64,000 nucleotides of DNA from an uncultured Methanoregulaceae archaeon (GCA_963705255.1 OY970061.1:1088001-1152000), one strand, 5' to 3'. Positions 47,569-58,034 are shown, counted from the stretch's first letter. A program made the numbers and translations. Notes: generated from the sequence alone by a model not told the origin.

Positions 47569-48363
47569 CGGAAGAAGAGAAGGATACTATGGACAGAAAA
47601 CTGATGAAGGCAACGTTTGCGGGCGGCTGCTTCTGGTGTATGCAGCCACCGTTCCAGCAGATCGAAGGCGTGACGGAAGTGGTGGCCGGGTATGCCGGCG
47701 GGACGAAGGAGAAACCGAGCCTACGAGGAAGTCTCGTCAGGCACTACGGGACACCTCGAATCCGTGCAGGTAACGTACGATCCCGACAAGGTCCCGTATG
47801 AAAAGCTTCTCGACGTCTTCTGGACGCAGATCGATCCGACTGACGATGAGGGCCAGTTCGCGGACAAGGGATCGCAGTACAGGACCGCCATCTTCTATCA
47901 CGATGACGGGCAGAAGCGGATCGCTGAGGCTTCAAAGAAAAAGATCGACGATTCCGGGAAGTTCAAAAAACCTGTAGCAACGGAGATCCGGCCGTCCACG
48001 AATTTTTATCCTGCCGAGGAGTACCACCAGGACTATGCGAAGAAGAAGCCCCGGGAATACACGCAGTACAAGACCTACTCCGGGCGCGAGGCCTTTATCG
48101 AGAAGATGTGGGGCGGGGAAAAACTGGGAGAGGAAAAAAAAGTGACCATCTACTCAACGCCGAGGTGCCACAACTGTCACGAGATCAAGGAGTTCCTCAG
48201 TTCCCGGAATGTTCCGTTCGAGGAGATCGATCTCGCATCCAACGATGAGGCAAGGACCATGATTATCGAGAAGACCGGGCACCTCAGCGCTCCGATTGTC
48301 CGGATCGGAGATGAATTTATCTTCGGGTACGACAGGAAGAAGATGGAGAGCCTGTTGCAATAG
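47565..48363 (+). CDS. msrA: Methionine sulfoxide reductase A fused to a glutaredoxin; +1 frameshift at ~47720
   Basis: AGGCFWC, GYAGG | YEEV.SG.TGHLE, GSQYRTAIF, FYPAEEYHQDY, then YSTPRCHNC...APIV. Confidence 0.9.
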
Positions 48364-48595
48364 GGGGGTCCCCACCTGAGTAAGGGGGTATCACCCGTGA
48401 TCCATACCATGCCCGCCCCCCACGACCCCCTCACATCCCCAACCTGCGGGGATCAGGAACCACTGCACAGGGAGACGTGGGGCTGACCACCCCGGGAGAG
48501 ATCTGCTGCCGGTACCCAGGCAGGATGAAAAAAGAAATTTCCTGGAGCAGGCAGTCCAAAGGAGCGGGACAGGAAAAAGAAGAGTCTATTCCTGG

Positions 48596-50089
48596 TCAGA
48601 TCATCCCCATCGCGGGCCCTTCTTCCTCGGATCCGGTCCGATAATCCGGATGGACCTCTTCCCTGACGACAAGAGCCAGGACGAGGATGACGATCCCGAG
48701 CACGAACGAGAGCAGGAACGAGAAGTCGAAGCCGGCGGCAAGCACCTGCACCTTGATGTCCGCCGGGGAGGTCATCAGAACATTGTGGCCCGCGGCAATC
48801 GCGAGGACACCCTGGATGAAGATCAGGTTGAATGCGGCGATCCCGAGGGTCAGGGGCGCAAACCGTTCGAGGCTGGTCAGGCTTGAGATCATCCCCTGCT
48901 TTGTCCTAGCTACCGAGTTCATGATCAGGTTCGAGGCAGGGGTTATCATCAGGCCGAGGCCAAAGCCGATCAGCACCAGGCTCAGGACAACGTATCCGGC
49001 CGGGGTATCGGTATGCAGCCGGGTCATGAGGAAGTAGCCTGCCGTCAGGAAGGCACCCGCAGCGATGCAGAGCAGCCGTGGCCCTGCCCGGTTGTAGAGC
49101 ATTCCGGAAAGGATACCGGCCCCCATCATGGCAAAGGAGAGCGAGGTCATGATCAGCCCGGCCGACGAGGTGTCGTAGCTGCGGACGTACTTCAGGTAGA
49201 ACGGCAGGAGGTAGTTGATCCCCGCAAAACTGAAAAAGACCAGCGAGAGGAGGAGGTTGGTGACAAGGAAATTCCGGTTCCTGAAAAGGCCGAGGTCGAG
49301 CAGCGGATCGGCCACCCGCAGTTCGTGCCACACGAACCATGACAGGGAAACGATAGCTACGATTGCGGGTGCGACGATGACCGGGGATGTCCAGCCAAGG
49401 GGTGCACCTTCCGATACTACGAAGAGGAGTGAGGCGAGGCCTACGAATACCAGCCCTGCACCGGCCCGGTCGAAGCCTTCCAGTCTCTCCCTTCCGACCG
49501 CTTCCGGGATGACCTTTACCCCGAGCAGGACAGCGAAGATCCCGACCGGTACGTTGATGAAGAAGATCCAGTGCCACGAGAGGTACTGGGTCAGGACGCC
49601 GCCGATCGTCGGGCCAAGGGCAGTACCGAGCGCCGCCATCGTCATGACGATGCCCATCGCCTTTCCTTTCTGCTCCATCGGGATATAGGCAGTGATCATG
49701 GCGGGAGCGATGGCAGAGATCATCGCCCCGCCGACGGCCTGGAGGATACGCGAACCGACCAGCGAGTACAGCCCGCCGAGGATCTCCGGCAAAAGCCCGC
49801 ATGCAAAGGACCCGAGCGTGAAGATGGCAAAACCCGAGAGGAATACTTTCTTGAACCCGATCATATCGGATATCTTGCCGAAGACCAGCACGCAGCCCGC
49901 CATCACCAGCAGGTATGCCGTCGCTACCCAGCTCACGGTGCTCGATGAGACCTGAAACGCCTCGGAGATGGTCGGGAGGGCGATATTGACAATGGTACCG
50001 TCAAGGCCTGCCATGAACATGGCAAGGGAGATGGAGAGGATCAGGAGGTTGAGACCGGACTCCGTATTCCGGTTAACGGTATTTCCCAT
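48596..50089 (-). CDS. MFS transporter (DHA2/EmrB family)
   Basis: LDGTIVNIALPTI, WHWIFFINVPVG, 14-TM pattern. Confidence 0.92.
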   Translation of the reverse strand: MGNTVNRNTESGLNLLILSISLAMFMAGLDGTIVNIALPTISEAFQVSSSTVSWVATAYLLVMAGCVLVFGKISDMIGFKKVFLSGFAIFTLGSFACGLLPEILGGLYSLVGSRILQAVGGAMISAIAPAMITAYIPMEQKGKAMGIVMTMAALGTALGPTIGGVLTQYLSWHWIFFINVPVGIFAVLLGVKVIPEAVGRERLEGFDRAGAGLVFVGLASLLFVVSEGAPLGWTSPVIVAPAIVAIVSLSWFVWHELRVADPLLDLGLFRNRNFLVTNLLLSLVFFSFAGINYLLPFYLKYVRSYDTSSAGLIMTSLSFAMMGAGILSGMLYNRAGPRLLCIAAGAFLTAGYFLMTRLHTDTPAGYVVLSLVLIGFGLGLMITPASNLIMNSVARTKQGMISSLTSLERFAPLTLGIAAFNLIFIQGVLAIAAGHNVLMTSPADIKVQVLAAGFDFSFLLSFVLGIVILVLALVVREEVHPDYRTGSEEEGPAMGMI

Positions 50090-50304
50090 TCATGAATATT
50101 GCGAATAATAGTACATGAGAGTTACGGATTGGCAACAGACGGTTAATAGAGACCGGCAGGCAGTGTTCATCGCAGAGCCATTCTCCGGCGGTGAGCTCCT
50201 CTCCTCAGCAGAGAAGCCCCTGTGGGCTGTGCCAACTGCCGGGTGCCTACGCACCTGTGCACCCGGCCTGAATGACTGATACCCCACGCCTCCCGGGTAT
50301 CAGA

Positions 50305-52026
50305 TTATTTAGGCTTTTGCCTGCGCCGCCGGCCCGTGATCATCACCGATACCGTCCCGGCGATCCCGAGTGCGATAAGCGGGAGATCAGGAGAGAGAGG
50401 AGATGGCGTGGAGGGCTCGCCTACGTTAATGTAACTCGTCAATACCGAGGGAACGCTCCCTTCTGTGTATTTCACCGTGAACGTGACCGTGTACGTCCCC
50501 GGAATGGTGTAGGTATATGAGGGGTTCTGACTCGTGCTCGTGCCCCCGTCACCAAAGTCCCATGCGAAGGATTCAGGCGATCCCGGGGCCGTCTGGGTGA
50601 ACTGAACCGTGAGCGGGGCAGCGCCCGAGATCGGTGTCCCCGCAAAGGAGACCGTAGGCAGTGTGGGCCGGGGTGCTGCAGTCACAACCGGCGCAAACGT
50701 TGCTGCTGCGACCGGGGCACTCACGGTGATCGTATCCTGCTGGACTGAGGTACTGGTGCCTGCGGCGTTCATCACGGTCAGGGTCACGACATAACTGCCG
50801 GGATTTGTGTACGTGTGGGACGGGTTCTCAACGGTTCCGGTCGTACCGTCGCCGAAGTCCCAGGTCCACGATGTTGGTGCATTCGTTGAGGTGTCGGTGA
50901 ACTGGAGGTTGAACGGTGCAGTGCCTGAGGTGGATGATACCGTATAAGAGGCGACCGGCGCCGCAACCCCGACCACGATATACCCCGTCTCGGTTGTTGC
51001 GTTGGTACCAAGCGAGTTCGTTTCCGTCAGCGTCACGGAGTACGTCCCGTTGTTCTCGTAGGTATTGGTGGGATTTTCCAGAGTGCTGGTACCGCCATCC
51101 CCGAAGCTCCAGCTCCATGATGCCGGTGACCCGGTCGACTCGTCCGTGAACGTCACCTCGAGGGGTGCAGCCCCGGATGTCGGTGAGGCGGAAAAGATCG
51201 GTACCGGGATGGTCGTTGCTGCAGAACTCACCGTGATATAGCCCGTCTGCGTATCCATCGCGCTGCTCCCCGCTGAGTTGGAAGCGGTCAGGGAGACGGA
51301 ATACACTCCCGGCGTGGTGTAGGTATACGAGGGGTTCTGGCTCGTGCTCGTGCCCCCGTCACCGAAACTCCAGCTCCATGTGGTCGGGGAGTTGGTAGAG
51401 GCATCGGTGAACTGGACCGCCAAAGGCGCCGTGCCCGATACCGGAGTAGCGCTGAACCCTGCTACGGGAACCTGCGGCTGTGTAGTGGTTGCCATTGTAG
51501 TCACAGCGGTGGTTGCCGTCGCAGCGCTCACCGTGACATAGCCCGTCATGGTATCAACCGCGCTGCTCCCCGCCGAGTTGGAAGCGGTCAGGCTGACGGT
51601 ATACGTTCCCGGCGTGGTGTAGGTATACGAGGGGTTCTGGCTCGTGCTCGTCCCCCCGTCACCGAAACTCCAGCTCCATGTTGTCGGGGAGTTGGAAGAG
51701 GCATCGGTGAACTGGACCGCCAGAGGCGCCGTGCCCGATACCGGAGTAGCGCTGAACCCTGCGACAGGGAGAATCGCGGCAGTCGTAGTTACGGTGGTAG
51801 GTACCGTTGTCGCTATGGTGGTCGGTACCGTTGTCACTATGGTAGTCGGTATGGTAGTCGGTATGGTAGTCGGTATGGTAGTCGGTATGGTAGTCGGTAC
51901 CGTTGTCGTTACCGTCGTCGGTACGGTTGTTGTCGTGTTACTATCATCTGCCGCGACAGGAGAGGAGAGAAGGATGAGAAGAACGATTGTCGAACATAAC
52001 AACAGGAAAAAAAAGGATCGGGACAT
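50305..52026 (-). CDS. Thr-rich surface protein with five PKD domains and a C-terminal anchor
   Basis: Signal peptide, (IPTT)n linker, five W.FGDG PKD units, SPLSP-TM-RRRR tail. Confidence 0.92.
   Translation of the reverse strand: MSRSFFFLLLCSTIVLLILLSSPVAADDSNTTTTVPTTVTTTVPTTIPTTIPTTIPTTIPTTIVTTVPTTIATTVPTTVTTTAAILPVAGFSATPVSGTAPLAVQFTDASSNSPTTWSWSFGDGGTSTSQNPSYTYTTPGTYTVSLTASNSAGSSAVDTMTGYVTVSAATATTAVTTMATTTQPQVPVAGFSATPVSGTAPLAVQFTDASTNSPTTWSWSFGDGGTSTSQNPSYTYTTPGVYSVSLTASNSAGSSAMDTQTGYITVSSAATTIPVPIFSASPTSGAAPLEVTFTDESTGSPASWSWSFGDGGTSTLENPTNTYENNGTYSVTLTETNSLGTNATTETGYIVVGVAAPVASYTVSSTSGTAPFNLQFTDTSTNAPTSWTWDFGDGTTGTVENPSHTYTNPGSYVVTLTVMNAAGTSTSVQQDTITVSAPVAAATFAPVVTAAPRPTLPTVSFAGTPISGAAPLTVQFTQTAPGSPESFAWDFGDGGTSTSQNPSYTYTIPGTYTVTFTVKYTEGSVPSVLTSYINVGEPSTPSPLSPDLPLIALGIAGTVSVMITGRRRRQKPK
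51838..51897. repeat. 12-bp tandem repeat x5 (tatggtagtcgg) encoding IPTT
   Basis: Five perfect copies read directly from the sequence. Confidence 0.95.
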
Positions 52027-52042
52027 GGGTCACCGTACCAGG

Positions 52043-52519
52043 TTATTGGCCGGATGCCGGTGTCGCCATGGCAGGGGAACGGTTGCCCCGGTAACCACCG
52101 GCTGGGAAGCCAAACGCGGCCATGAGCTGCTGCTGGGTAACTCCGAGCTGCTGTGCAGCAGCGGCGAGGTTCGGGCGCCCGTTCGTTGTGTTCACGGTGC
52201 TGTTCAGGGCATTCTGGAGATCTGATTCGGACACCCCCAGGGTGGCGGCAGTCGCTGCCAGCCGGGTCTGATTCGTAAGTAAACCCTGCATGCGGGACTG
52301 CTGGCTCCCGCCGGCACTGCCGGAGTTCCCGGCGTAACCGCCGCTTTGGGATCCGGCGTTACCCGATGGAGGGGTGTTTCCCGCGCCGGAGGTCGTATAT
52401 TGCTGGCCGTTTGCCGGGGAACCTGAACTGCTGCCGGTGTCCTGCGTGCATCCCGCGGTAATGATCGCGGCAACGAATATGGCCGCTGCGAGAACTGCAA
52501 TGATACTGATCTTTTCCAT
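52043..52519 (-). CDS. Hypothetical lipoprotein
   Basis: Lipobox ITAGC, Gly/Ser linker, two LA.AA..LGV....L..A repeats. Confidence 0.75.
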   Translation of the reverse strand: MEKISIIAVLAAAIFVAAIITAGCTQDTGSSSGSPANGQQYTTSGAGNTPPSGNAGSQSGGYAGNSGSAGGSQQSRMQGLLTNQTRLAATAATLGVSESDLQNALNSTVNTTNGRPNLAAAAQQLGVTQQQLMAAFGFPAGGYRGNRSPAMATPASGQ

Positions 52520-52860
52520 GATTGGTACCTCATATTGGCATCTTTTGAAGAGATTCGATGAGGGGGATAAACTCCCGCATCTTGTAAAGTTTATTTGACA
52601 TTTTGTAATATAAACCTTATAGTTTATCAAATTTTGCTTACAGGAACGGGGATAGCCTGAGAAGGATGTTTCCGGCTCTATGATGCCTCAACGGTATAGC
52701 CGGCAGCTCGGGAAGTTATTTCAGAGGTGAATATCTTTCGTAGTATCCATCGCAGCACCGTTCACCATCCTTCATCGATCGAAAAGAAGAGGGTGATGCA
52801 CGAAAAAATACCGGGGAAAGGCATAACCCGGTATATGAAAATAGTCTGGCTATGCCAGGA

Positions 52861-53049
52861 TCAGACGGGCCGGAACCGTTTCACCACGATATCGTCGCCC
52901 TTTTTCGTGATCTCGACCTTGATCTTGGTGTCCTTGTAGCGTATCTCGTGGACTCCGAACTTCCGTGCACTGACGATCCGTTGCAGGGCGAGCATGTCCG
53001 TCCGCAGCATCCTCTTGAAATCGTCCCCGTCATAGATGACTTTTCCCAT
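52861..53049 (-). CDS. Small hypothetical protein (62 aa)
   Basis: Clean ORF with typical codon usage and a GGAG SD-like sequence upstream. Confidence 0.65.
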   Translation of the reverse strand: MGKVIYDGDDFKRMLRTDMLALQRIVSARKFGVHEIRYKDTKIKVEITKKGDDIVVKRFRPV

Positions 53050-53223
53050 GATCTGCTCCTGCTTACGTACTATGAGTGAACGTTGTCAGGAGCGCTTATC
53101 AATCTTGCGCGATGCCTGTTCTGGCCGTTCGGTACAAGCCGTATTACGAATATCCCTTGATTTTGGCGTTTTTTAGGGGAAGCATTAAATATCGTATCCC
53201 TGCATAACCCTATAGGAAGAGTT

Positions 53224-53598
53224 ATGAGCAGGGAGAAGATCAAGGTCCCCGGAAAAGTATATGAAGAGTTAGTCGCTCTCCAGCGAGAGATCCATTTCAC
53301 GCTCGATCACCAGGACACGGTCAAGAAGGCAGAAGACCGAGGGTACATGAACGCCGCCAACTGGATCCGGCAGAACGAAAAGGCCTATAAGGTAGGATTT
53401 TCGTGGGGTTTCGAGCCCATGAACGATGAACCGCAGGGCACCCTCCGCGATATCCCGGCACGGGAAGCTCCTCCGGTACGCCGGACGATCTCCCACGCAC
53501 AGACCATGCAGCCGAGGACGGCGAAGAAGTCATCCGGTTCAGGGAGTTCCGGCGGAATTTTGGCCGGTTTCCGGGACTGGCTGGGCAGATATTTCTGA
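53224..53598 (+). CDS. Hypothetical protein
   Basis: 124-aa ORF with coding-like composition and a TATA-like sequence upstream. Confidence 0.7.
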   Translation: MSREKIKVPGKVYEELVALQREIHFTLDHQDTVKKAEDRGYMNAANWIRQNEKAYKVGFSWGFEPMNDEPQGTLRDIPAREAPPVRRTISHAQTMQPRTAKKSSGSGSSGGILAGFRDWLGRYF

Positions 53599-53733
53599 TC
53601 TCCTTTTTTCCGGTACCGGGCTGCTTTCACCCACACCGGTAAGCTGATCGACCGACAGTTGCCTGTTTTACCGATTCGTTCGTTTTCGCGGGAACCAAAA
53701 CCATCATTCACTCAGACGAACAGAGAGAATTGT

Positions 53734-53874
53734 ATGCCTACCTGCGTAGATTGCGTAAGTTATACTCCCACGTCAAAGGACCGGGGTGAGTGCCGCATCA
53801 ATGGCGGGACCACGCCGGACCGTGAGAGCGAGCGGTGCCCTTCACGCACGTTTATTCCAAAGCCCGGATCATAA
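53734..53874 (+). CDS. Small four-Cys protein, BssC/TutF-like
   Basis: MPTCVDC...GECRIN...ERCPSRTF.PK; family assignment is by pattern only. Confidence 0.55.
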   Translation: MPTCVDCVSYTPTSKDRGECRINGGTTPDRESERCPSRTFIPKPGS

Positions 53875-53892
53875 TTGATCAGGAAAGTTACC

Positions 53893-54240
53893 ATGCCACG
53901 GGAACTCGACGAACGGGATATCGCCATCTTAAAAAAACTCGCGCCGGAATGCGGCGACCTGACCTGCTCCGGCTCCGGCCACCTGTTCCATTCCATCCTG
54001 CCTCCGGTCTCCAACCATTTTTCCGAAGACAGCGAGGATTTCATCCGGAGGATCGGCAGGCTCAGCGATGATGAGCTGACCTATATCTCGGATATGATCC
54101 AGAAAGGCGAAGAGAGCATGGGCTGCCTTCCCGTGGAGGACGTGGAAGCACTCGTGCACCTGGTCCACGACCGGCTCTCCCCGGAAGTGGCGAAGAAGAT
54201 CATCTCTGCCTATGAATCCGGATATGAATGTGAACAATGA
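53893..54240 (+). CDS. Hypothetical protein
   Basis: Acidic ORF with PEC..LTCSGSGH..HS and GCLP. Confidence 0.7.
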   Translation: MPRELDERDIAILKKLAPECGDLTCSGSGHLFHSILPPVSNHFSEDSEDFIRRIGRLSDDELTYISDMIQKGEESMGCLPVEDVEALVHLVHDRLSPEVAKKIISAYESGYECEQ

Positions 54241-54754
54241 GGGAGAAGATCCCGGGACCCCGTTTTTCATGGACGATAATACACCCCTCATCGCCGGATT
54301 GCGTGCAGGTCCGTTAAAAAAACGCCTGGCAGCGGCAACCGGTCTGGGAAAGTCCGGCGACCTCTCCGCCATCCCCCTGCTGGCCGCTGCGCTTGCCGAT
54401 CCCCACCCGTCAGTCCGTTTTGAGATCGCACAGGCGCTTGGGAGGCTCGGGGACTCTTCCGGTGTCGCTGCTCTTATCAGCGCCCTTGGGGATACCGAAC
54501 CGGAAGTCCGTGCAGCCGCCATTGCCGCGCTTGGCCGGATAAAGGACCCGGCCGCTGTCACAGCCCTGATCGGGTGCCTGCAGGACAGGGAGACGGAAGT
54601 CAGGATCGGTGCGGCGGTCGTGCTCGGGAAGCTGGGGGACACACGGGCGATCTGGCGGCTGAAAAAATGTGAGACCGATCGTTCCTCCGATGTGCGGGAA
54701 GCGGCGGCGGAAGCCGTTGTCCGCATTGAGCGGATGCGCAGGACACGGCGGTAA
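54224..54754 (+). CDS. HEAT-repeat (PBS lyase-like) protein
   Basis: Repeated VR..AA.ALG.LGD..A...L..AL.D units. Confidence 0.9.
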   Translation: MNVNNEGEDPGTPFFMDDNTPLIAGLRAGPLKKRLAAATGLGKSGDLSAIPLLAAALADPHPSVRFEIAQALGRLGDSSGVAALISALGDTEPEVRAAAIAALGRIKDPAAVTALIGCLQDRETEVRIGAAVVLGKLGDTRAIWRLKKCETDRSSDVREAAAEAVVRIERMRRTRR

Positions 54755-54870
54755 CCGCGTACGAGATCCCATGAGAGACTCCCATTTTCCCACACTATTT
54801 TATCCTCACCGGGCGACACCCCAGCGATAACCAACAGCGAGGGTTACGAAGGGTTAAGAACCGCTCCGTC

Positions 54871-55271
54871 ATGGACATGCTGATCTCTTTTTTTCTCTCG
54901 TGCCGATGATCCTGTATACAATCGTGGCGATCCTGCTCACGATCATCGCCGTCTTCTCTGTCTGGGACGCACTCCAGCTGATCGCCCAGATGATCCTGTC
55001 CCGGGATTTCGCGAACGGGCTTGTCAATGTCATCTACGCACTCCTCCTCACCATCACGATCATCGTGCTGTTCGAGACGGTCACCGTCTATTTCAGGACC
55101 AAGCATGTCGAGGTGCGGGCCCTGCTCATCGCGGGGCTCACGGGCATGGTCCGGCATATCCTCATCTATAATGTTGCGTCCGTCGACCCCATGGTGCTCT
55201 TCGGGACCGTTGCCCTGCTCGCCGTCCTCATCGCCGGCATCGTGCTCGTCAGGCCGGAGCCGCTGGGATAA
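54871..55271 (+). CDS. PsiE-family membrane protein (probable missing T in a T7 run near 54890)
   Basis: LLTITIIVLFETV..Y, LLIAGLTGMVRHIL; adding one T joins MDMLISFFSLVPMIL. Confidence 0.75.
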
Positions 55272-55369
55272 CATTTTTCCGGCTCCGCCATCCCTGAATC
55301 CAGGCCCGGTAACCCGGCATGAGGGTTTTTATGGACACCCGTCGCATCTCTGGTTGAAAGCGTGAAACC

Positions 55370-56278
55370 GTGCCCGATATCATCGAAGCCCTTGACCTGA
55401 AAAAGACCTACGGGAGCGTCGTTGCAGTCGATGGCATCCGCTTCGCCGTGAAACGCGGGGAGATCTTCGGGTTCCTTGGCCCGAATGGTGCCGGGAAGAC
55501 CACCACCATGAAGATGATCACCTGCGTCTCGCCCCGGACTTCCGGTACCCTCCGGGTACTGGGCATAGACCCGGATGAGTCTCCTGCGGCAATCAAGCAG
55601 CGGCTCGGTGTCGTCCCGCAGGAGACCAACCTTGACCCGGATTTCACTTGTTTTTTGAACCTCTTTTACTACTCCCGGTACTTCGATATCCCTTCCGATG
55701 AGGCGAAAAAGAGAGCCGATGAACTTCTGGAATTTGTCCAGCTGAAAGAGAAGCGGGATGTTTCCATCGAGAAGCTGTCCGGCGGGATGAAACGGCGGCT
55801 GATCCTTGCCCGGGCGCTGGTCAACAACCCGGACCTGCTCATCCTTGACGAGCCCACCATCGGCCTCGACCCGCAGGCACGCCACCTGATCTGGGAGAAG
55901 CTCAAGAACCTGCAGGCGCAGGGAAACACCATCGTCCTCACCACCCACTACCTCGACGAGGCTGCCCGCCTCTGCGACCGGCTGGTGATCATGGACAACG
56001 GGAAGATCCTGGTCGAAGGGGCGCCCGCTGACCTTGTCGAGCAGCACGTGGGCCACGAGATCGTCGAGGTGCAGAAGAGTGCCGATGTGATCGCGTGTCT
56101 CGCCGGGATGAAGGTCCCGTATGAAGAGATCGGCGACACCCTGCAGATTGCGACCGGATCCTCCCGGGACGTGGCCCGCGCCCTGCTCGAGCGGTGCAGC
56201 CCGGAAAAAGTTACCACACGCCCCGCTACCCTTGAAGATGTATTTCTGAAACTGACCGGGAGGACACTCCGGGAGTAA
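55370..56278 (+). CDS. ABC transporter ATP-binding protein (NodI/DrrA-like)
   Basis: GPNGAGKTT, LSGGMKRR, ILDEPT, TTHY, TLEDVFLKLTG. Confidence 0.93.
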   Translation: MPDIIEALDLKKTYGSVVAVDGIRFAVKRGEIFGFLGPNGAGKTTTMKMITCVSPRTSGTLRVLGIDPDESPAAIKQRLGVVPQETNLDPDFTCFLNLFYYSRYFDIPSDEAKKRADELLEFVQLKEKRDVSIEKLSGGMKRRLILARALVNNPDLLILDEPTIGLDPQARHLIWEKLKNLQAQGNTIVLTTHYLDEAARLCDRLVIMDNGKILVEGAPADLVEQHVGHEIVEVQKSADVIACLAGMKVPYEEIGDTLQIATGSSRDVARALLERCSPEKVTTRPATLEDVFLKLTGRTLRE

Positions 56279-56280
56279 CC

Positions 56281-57066
56281 ATGAAGTCCCTGTTCTCGTT
56301 TCCCCGGATCACCAGGCGTGCCTGGAAGGTCTGGTACCGGAACATGGTGGTCTTTGTCAGGACATGGCAGGTAAACTTCTTCCCGCCGCTCGTAGAGGCA
56401 CTCCTCTACCTCTTCGCCATCGGCCTTGGAATCGGGTCCTACGTGCACGATATCAACGGCATCCCGTACGTGAACTTCATCGCACCGGCCATCCTTGCCA
56501 TCGCCGTCATGAACTCTGCCTTCTTCGAGTGCACGTACGGCTCGTACGTGCGGATGTACTACCAGAAAAGTTTCGATGCCATGATCGCGACACCCCTCTC
56601 GATCGAAGACGTCATCGCAGGCGAGCTGCTCTGGGGGGCGACCCGGAGTGTCATCTACGTGGTCATCATGCTCCCCGTTCTCGCGGCATTCGGCGTGGTC
56701 TCGCTCCCGCTGGCGCTCCTTGCGATCCCGTTCGGGTTCCTCGGCGGCCTGATGTTTGCCGGCATCGCGATGTGCTTTACCGCGGTCAGCCCGGGGATCG
56801 ACACCCTGAACTACCCCTCATTCCTCTTCATCACGCCGATGGCTCTCTTCTCGGGCACCTTCTTCCCGCTCACGCTCATGCCCATCCTCCTCCAGTATAT
56901 CGCCCTCGCCCTGCTCCCGCTCACCCATCTCGTCGCGATCATGCGGATGCTTACGCTGCCGGCGCTGACCTGGACGATCCTGTTCGACTGCGCATGGATT
57001 GCCGTGGTGACTGCATTTTTCTGCATCCTCTCTATCAACCTGATGAGAAGAAGGCTGATTGTCTGA
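56281..57066 (+). CDS. ABC-2 type permease (NodJ-like)
   Basis: YVNFIAPAI, ATPL..EDV..GE..WG, LFSGTFFPL, LPLTH. Confidence 0.92.
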   Translation: MKSLFSFPRITRRAWKVWYRNMVVFVRTWQVNFFPPLVEALLYLFAIGLGIGSYVHDINGIPYVNFIAPAILAIAVMNSAFFECTYGSYVRMYYQKSFDAMIATPLSIEDVIAGELLWGATRSVIYVVIMLPVLAAFGVVSLPLALLAIPFGFLGGLMFAGIAMCFTAVSPGIDTLNYPSFLFITPMALFSGTFFPLTLMPILLQYIALALLPLTHLVAIMRMLTLPALTWTILFDCAWIAVVTAFFCILSINLMRRRLIV

Positions 57067-57134
57067 TCACGATCCGGCCCGCAGGGACGTTCCTGGTTCG
57101 GCTGCACCATGCCCGGGCCGGTACCGGAAGTACA

Positions 57135-57688
57135 TCACTCCCGCCGGGTTAAACGCAGCACGAACAGCTCCTCGCCCTCAACGGTCTCCTCTGCCACGCG
57201 ATCAGAGAAGAACCCGTGGCCGGCGAATAATTCCTGTACATCACCGGGCCCGGTGAGCGACGAGACCAGCAGCAGGACCCGCCCTCCCGGGGCAAGGACC
57301 CGCCCGACTTCTGCTGCGAACCGCTCGATCACAACACGCCCGCTCTCACCGCCATCGAGAGCATATTCGAGCCAGTCGTCGATCCGTTCTTCCGGCTGCG
57401 TGGGAAGGTAGGGCGGGTTGAAGATCACGAGGTCGAACATACCCCGGACCCGGAAAAAAGGTCGGTCCTGACAACCTCGACCCCGCGACCACGGGCGCAC
57501 CTCACGGCATGCGGGTTGATATCGGTTGCCACCACCCCGGTAATGCGTGCAAGCTCCGATGCGATGAAGCCGGAACCGGTGCCGATCTCCAGCACCCGGT
57601 CACCTGGCTTCACTTCAGCCTGCGCTGCCCTGAGCAGCAGGAAGGTATCGGCTTCAGGCTGGTACACCTGATCCGGGTCGTAGGACAT
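57135..57688 (-). CDS. HemK2/MTQ2-family protein methyltransferase; -1 frameshift at ~57450
   Basis: VYQPEADTFLL, LEIGTGSG, DINP | FDLVIFNPPYLP, ALDGG..GR..I..F. Confidence 0.9.
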
Positions 57689-57831
57689 GGATGAAAAACG
57701 GTTGGACGGGGCGGGGGAAAAGGAATTGCCTGCCCGGCAGGAATAAACCTGCCGGCAGTTTATTTGCCGAAAACGGGCATTTTCAGTACTTCCGAAAGTA
57801 ACTTTTATTGTCCGTAATACAAAGGCGTACT

Positions 57832-58026
57832 ATGGAAATAACTGATGATCAATTATTAGAAGTTATAAAAAATGCGCCGTTAGTATCGATCGACATCATT
57901 GTAAAAAATAAGGATGGGAAGATTTTACTTGGCTTCAGAAATAATGAACCTGCTAAAAATACTTGGTTTATCCCAGGGGGGCGTAAAGTTCATATACTAA
58001 TCTTCCAGAGGGAAGTTGTCAATTAG
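57832..58026 (+). pseudogene. 5' fragment of a GDP-mannose mannosyl hydrolase-like NUDIX gene (AT-rich)
   Basis: PLVSIDIIV...ILLGFRNNEPAKNTWFIPGGR; similarity stops at the start of the Nudix box. Confidence 0.7.
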
Positions 58027-58034
58027 AGGGCATA

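Noticed and set aside
51838-51897. 12-bp tandem repeat as a phase-variation switch
   Set aside because: The unit is a multiple of three and only changes the length of a Thr/Pro linker.
13952-57688. Multiple split genes (psmA ~14366, wbpA-like ~28797, bactofilin-like ~38648, msrA ~47720, psiE-like ~54890, hemK ~57450) as programmed frameshifting or pseudogenisation
   Set aside because: They are single-base indels of both signs, mostly in short homopolymers, with no shared slippery motif, and one hits the essential psmA. Consensus sequencing error is the simplest explanation; a read pileup would settle it.
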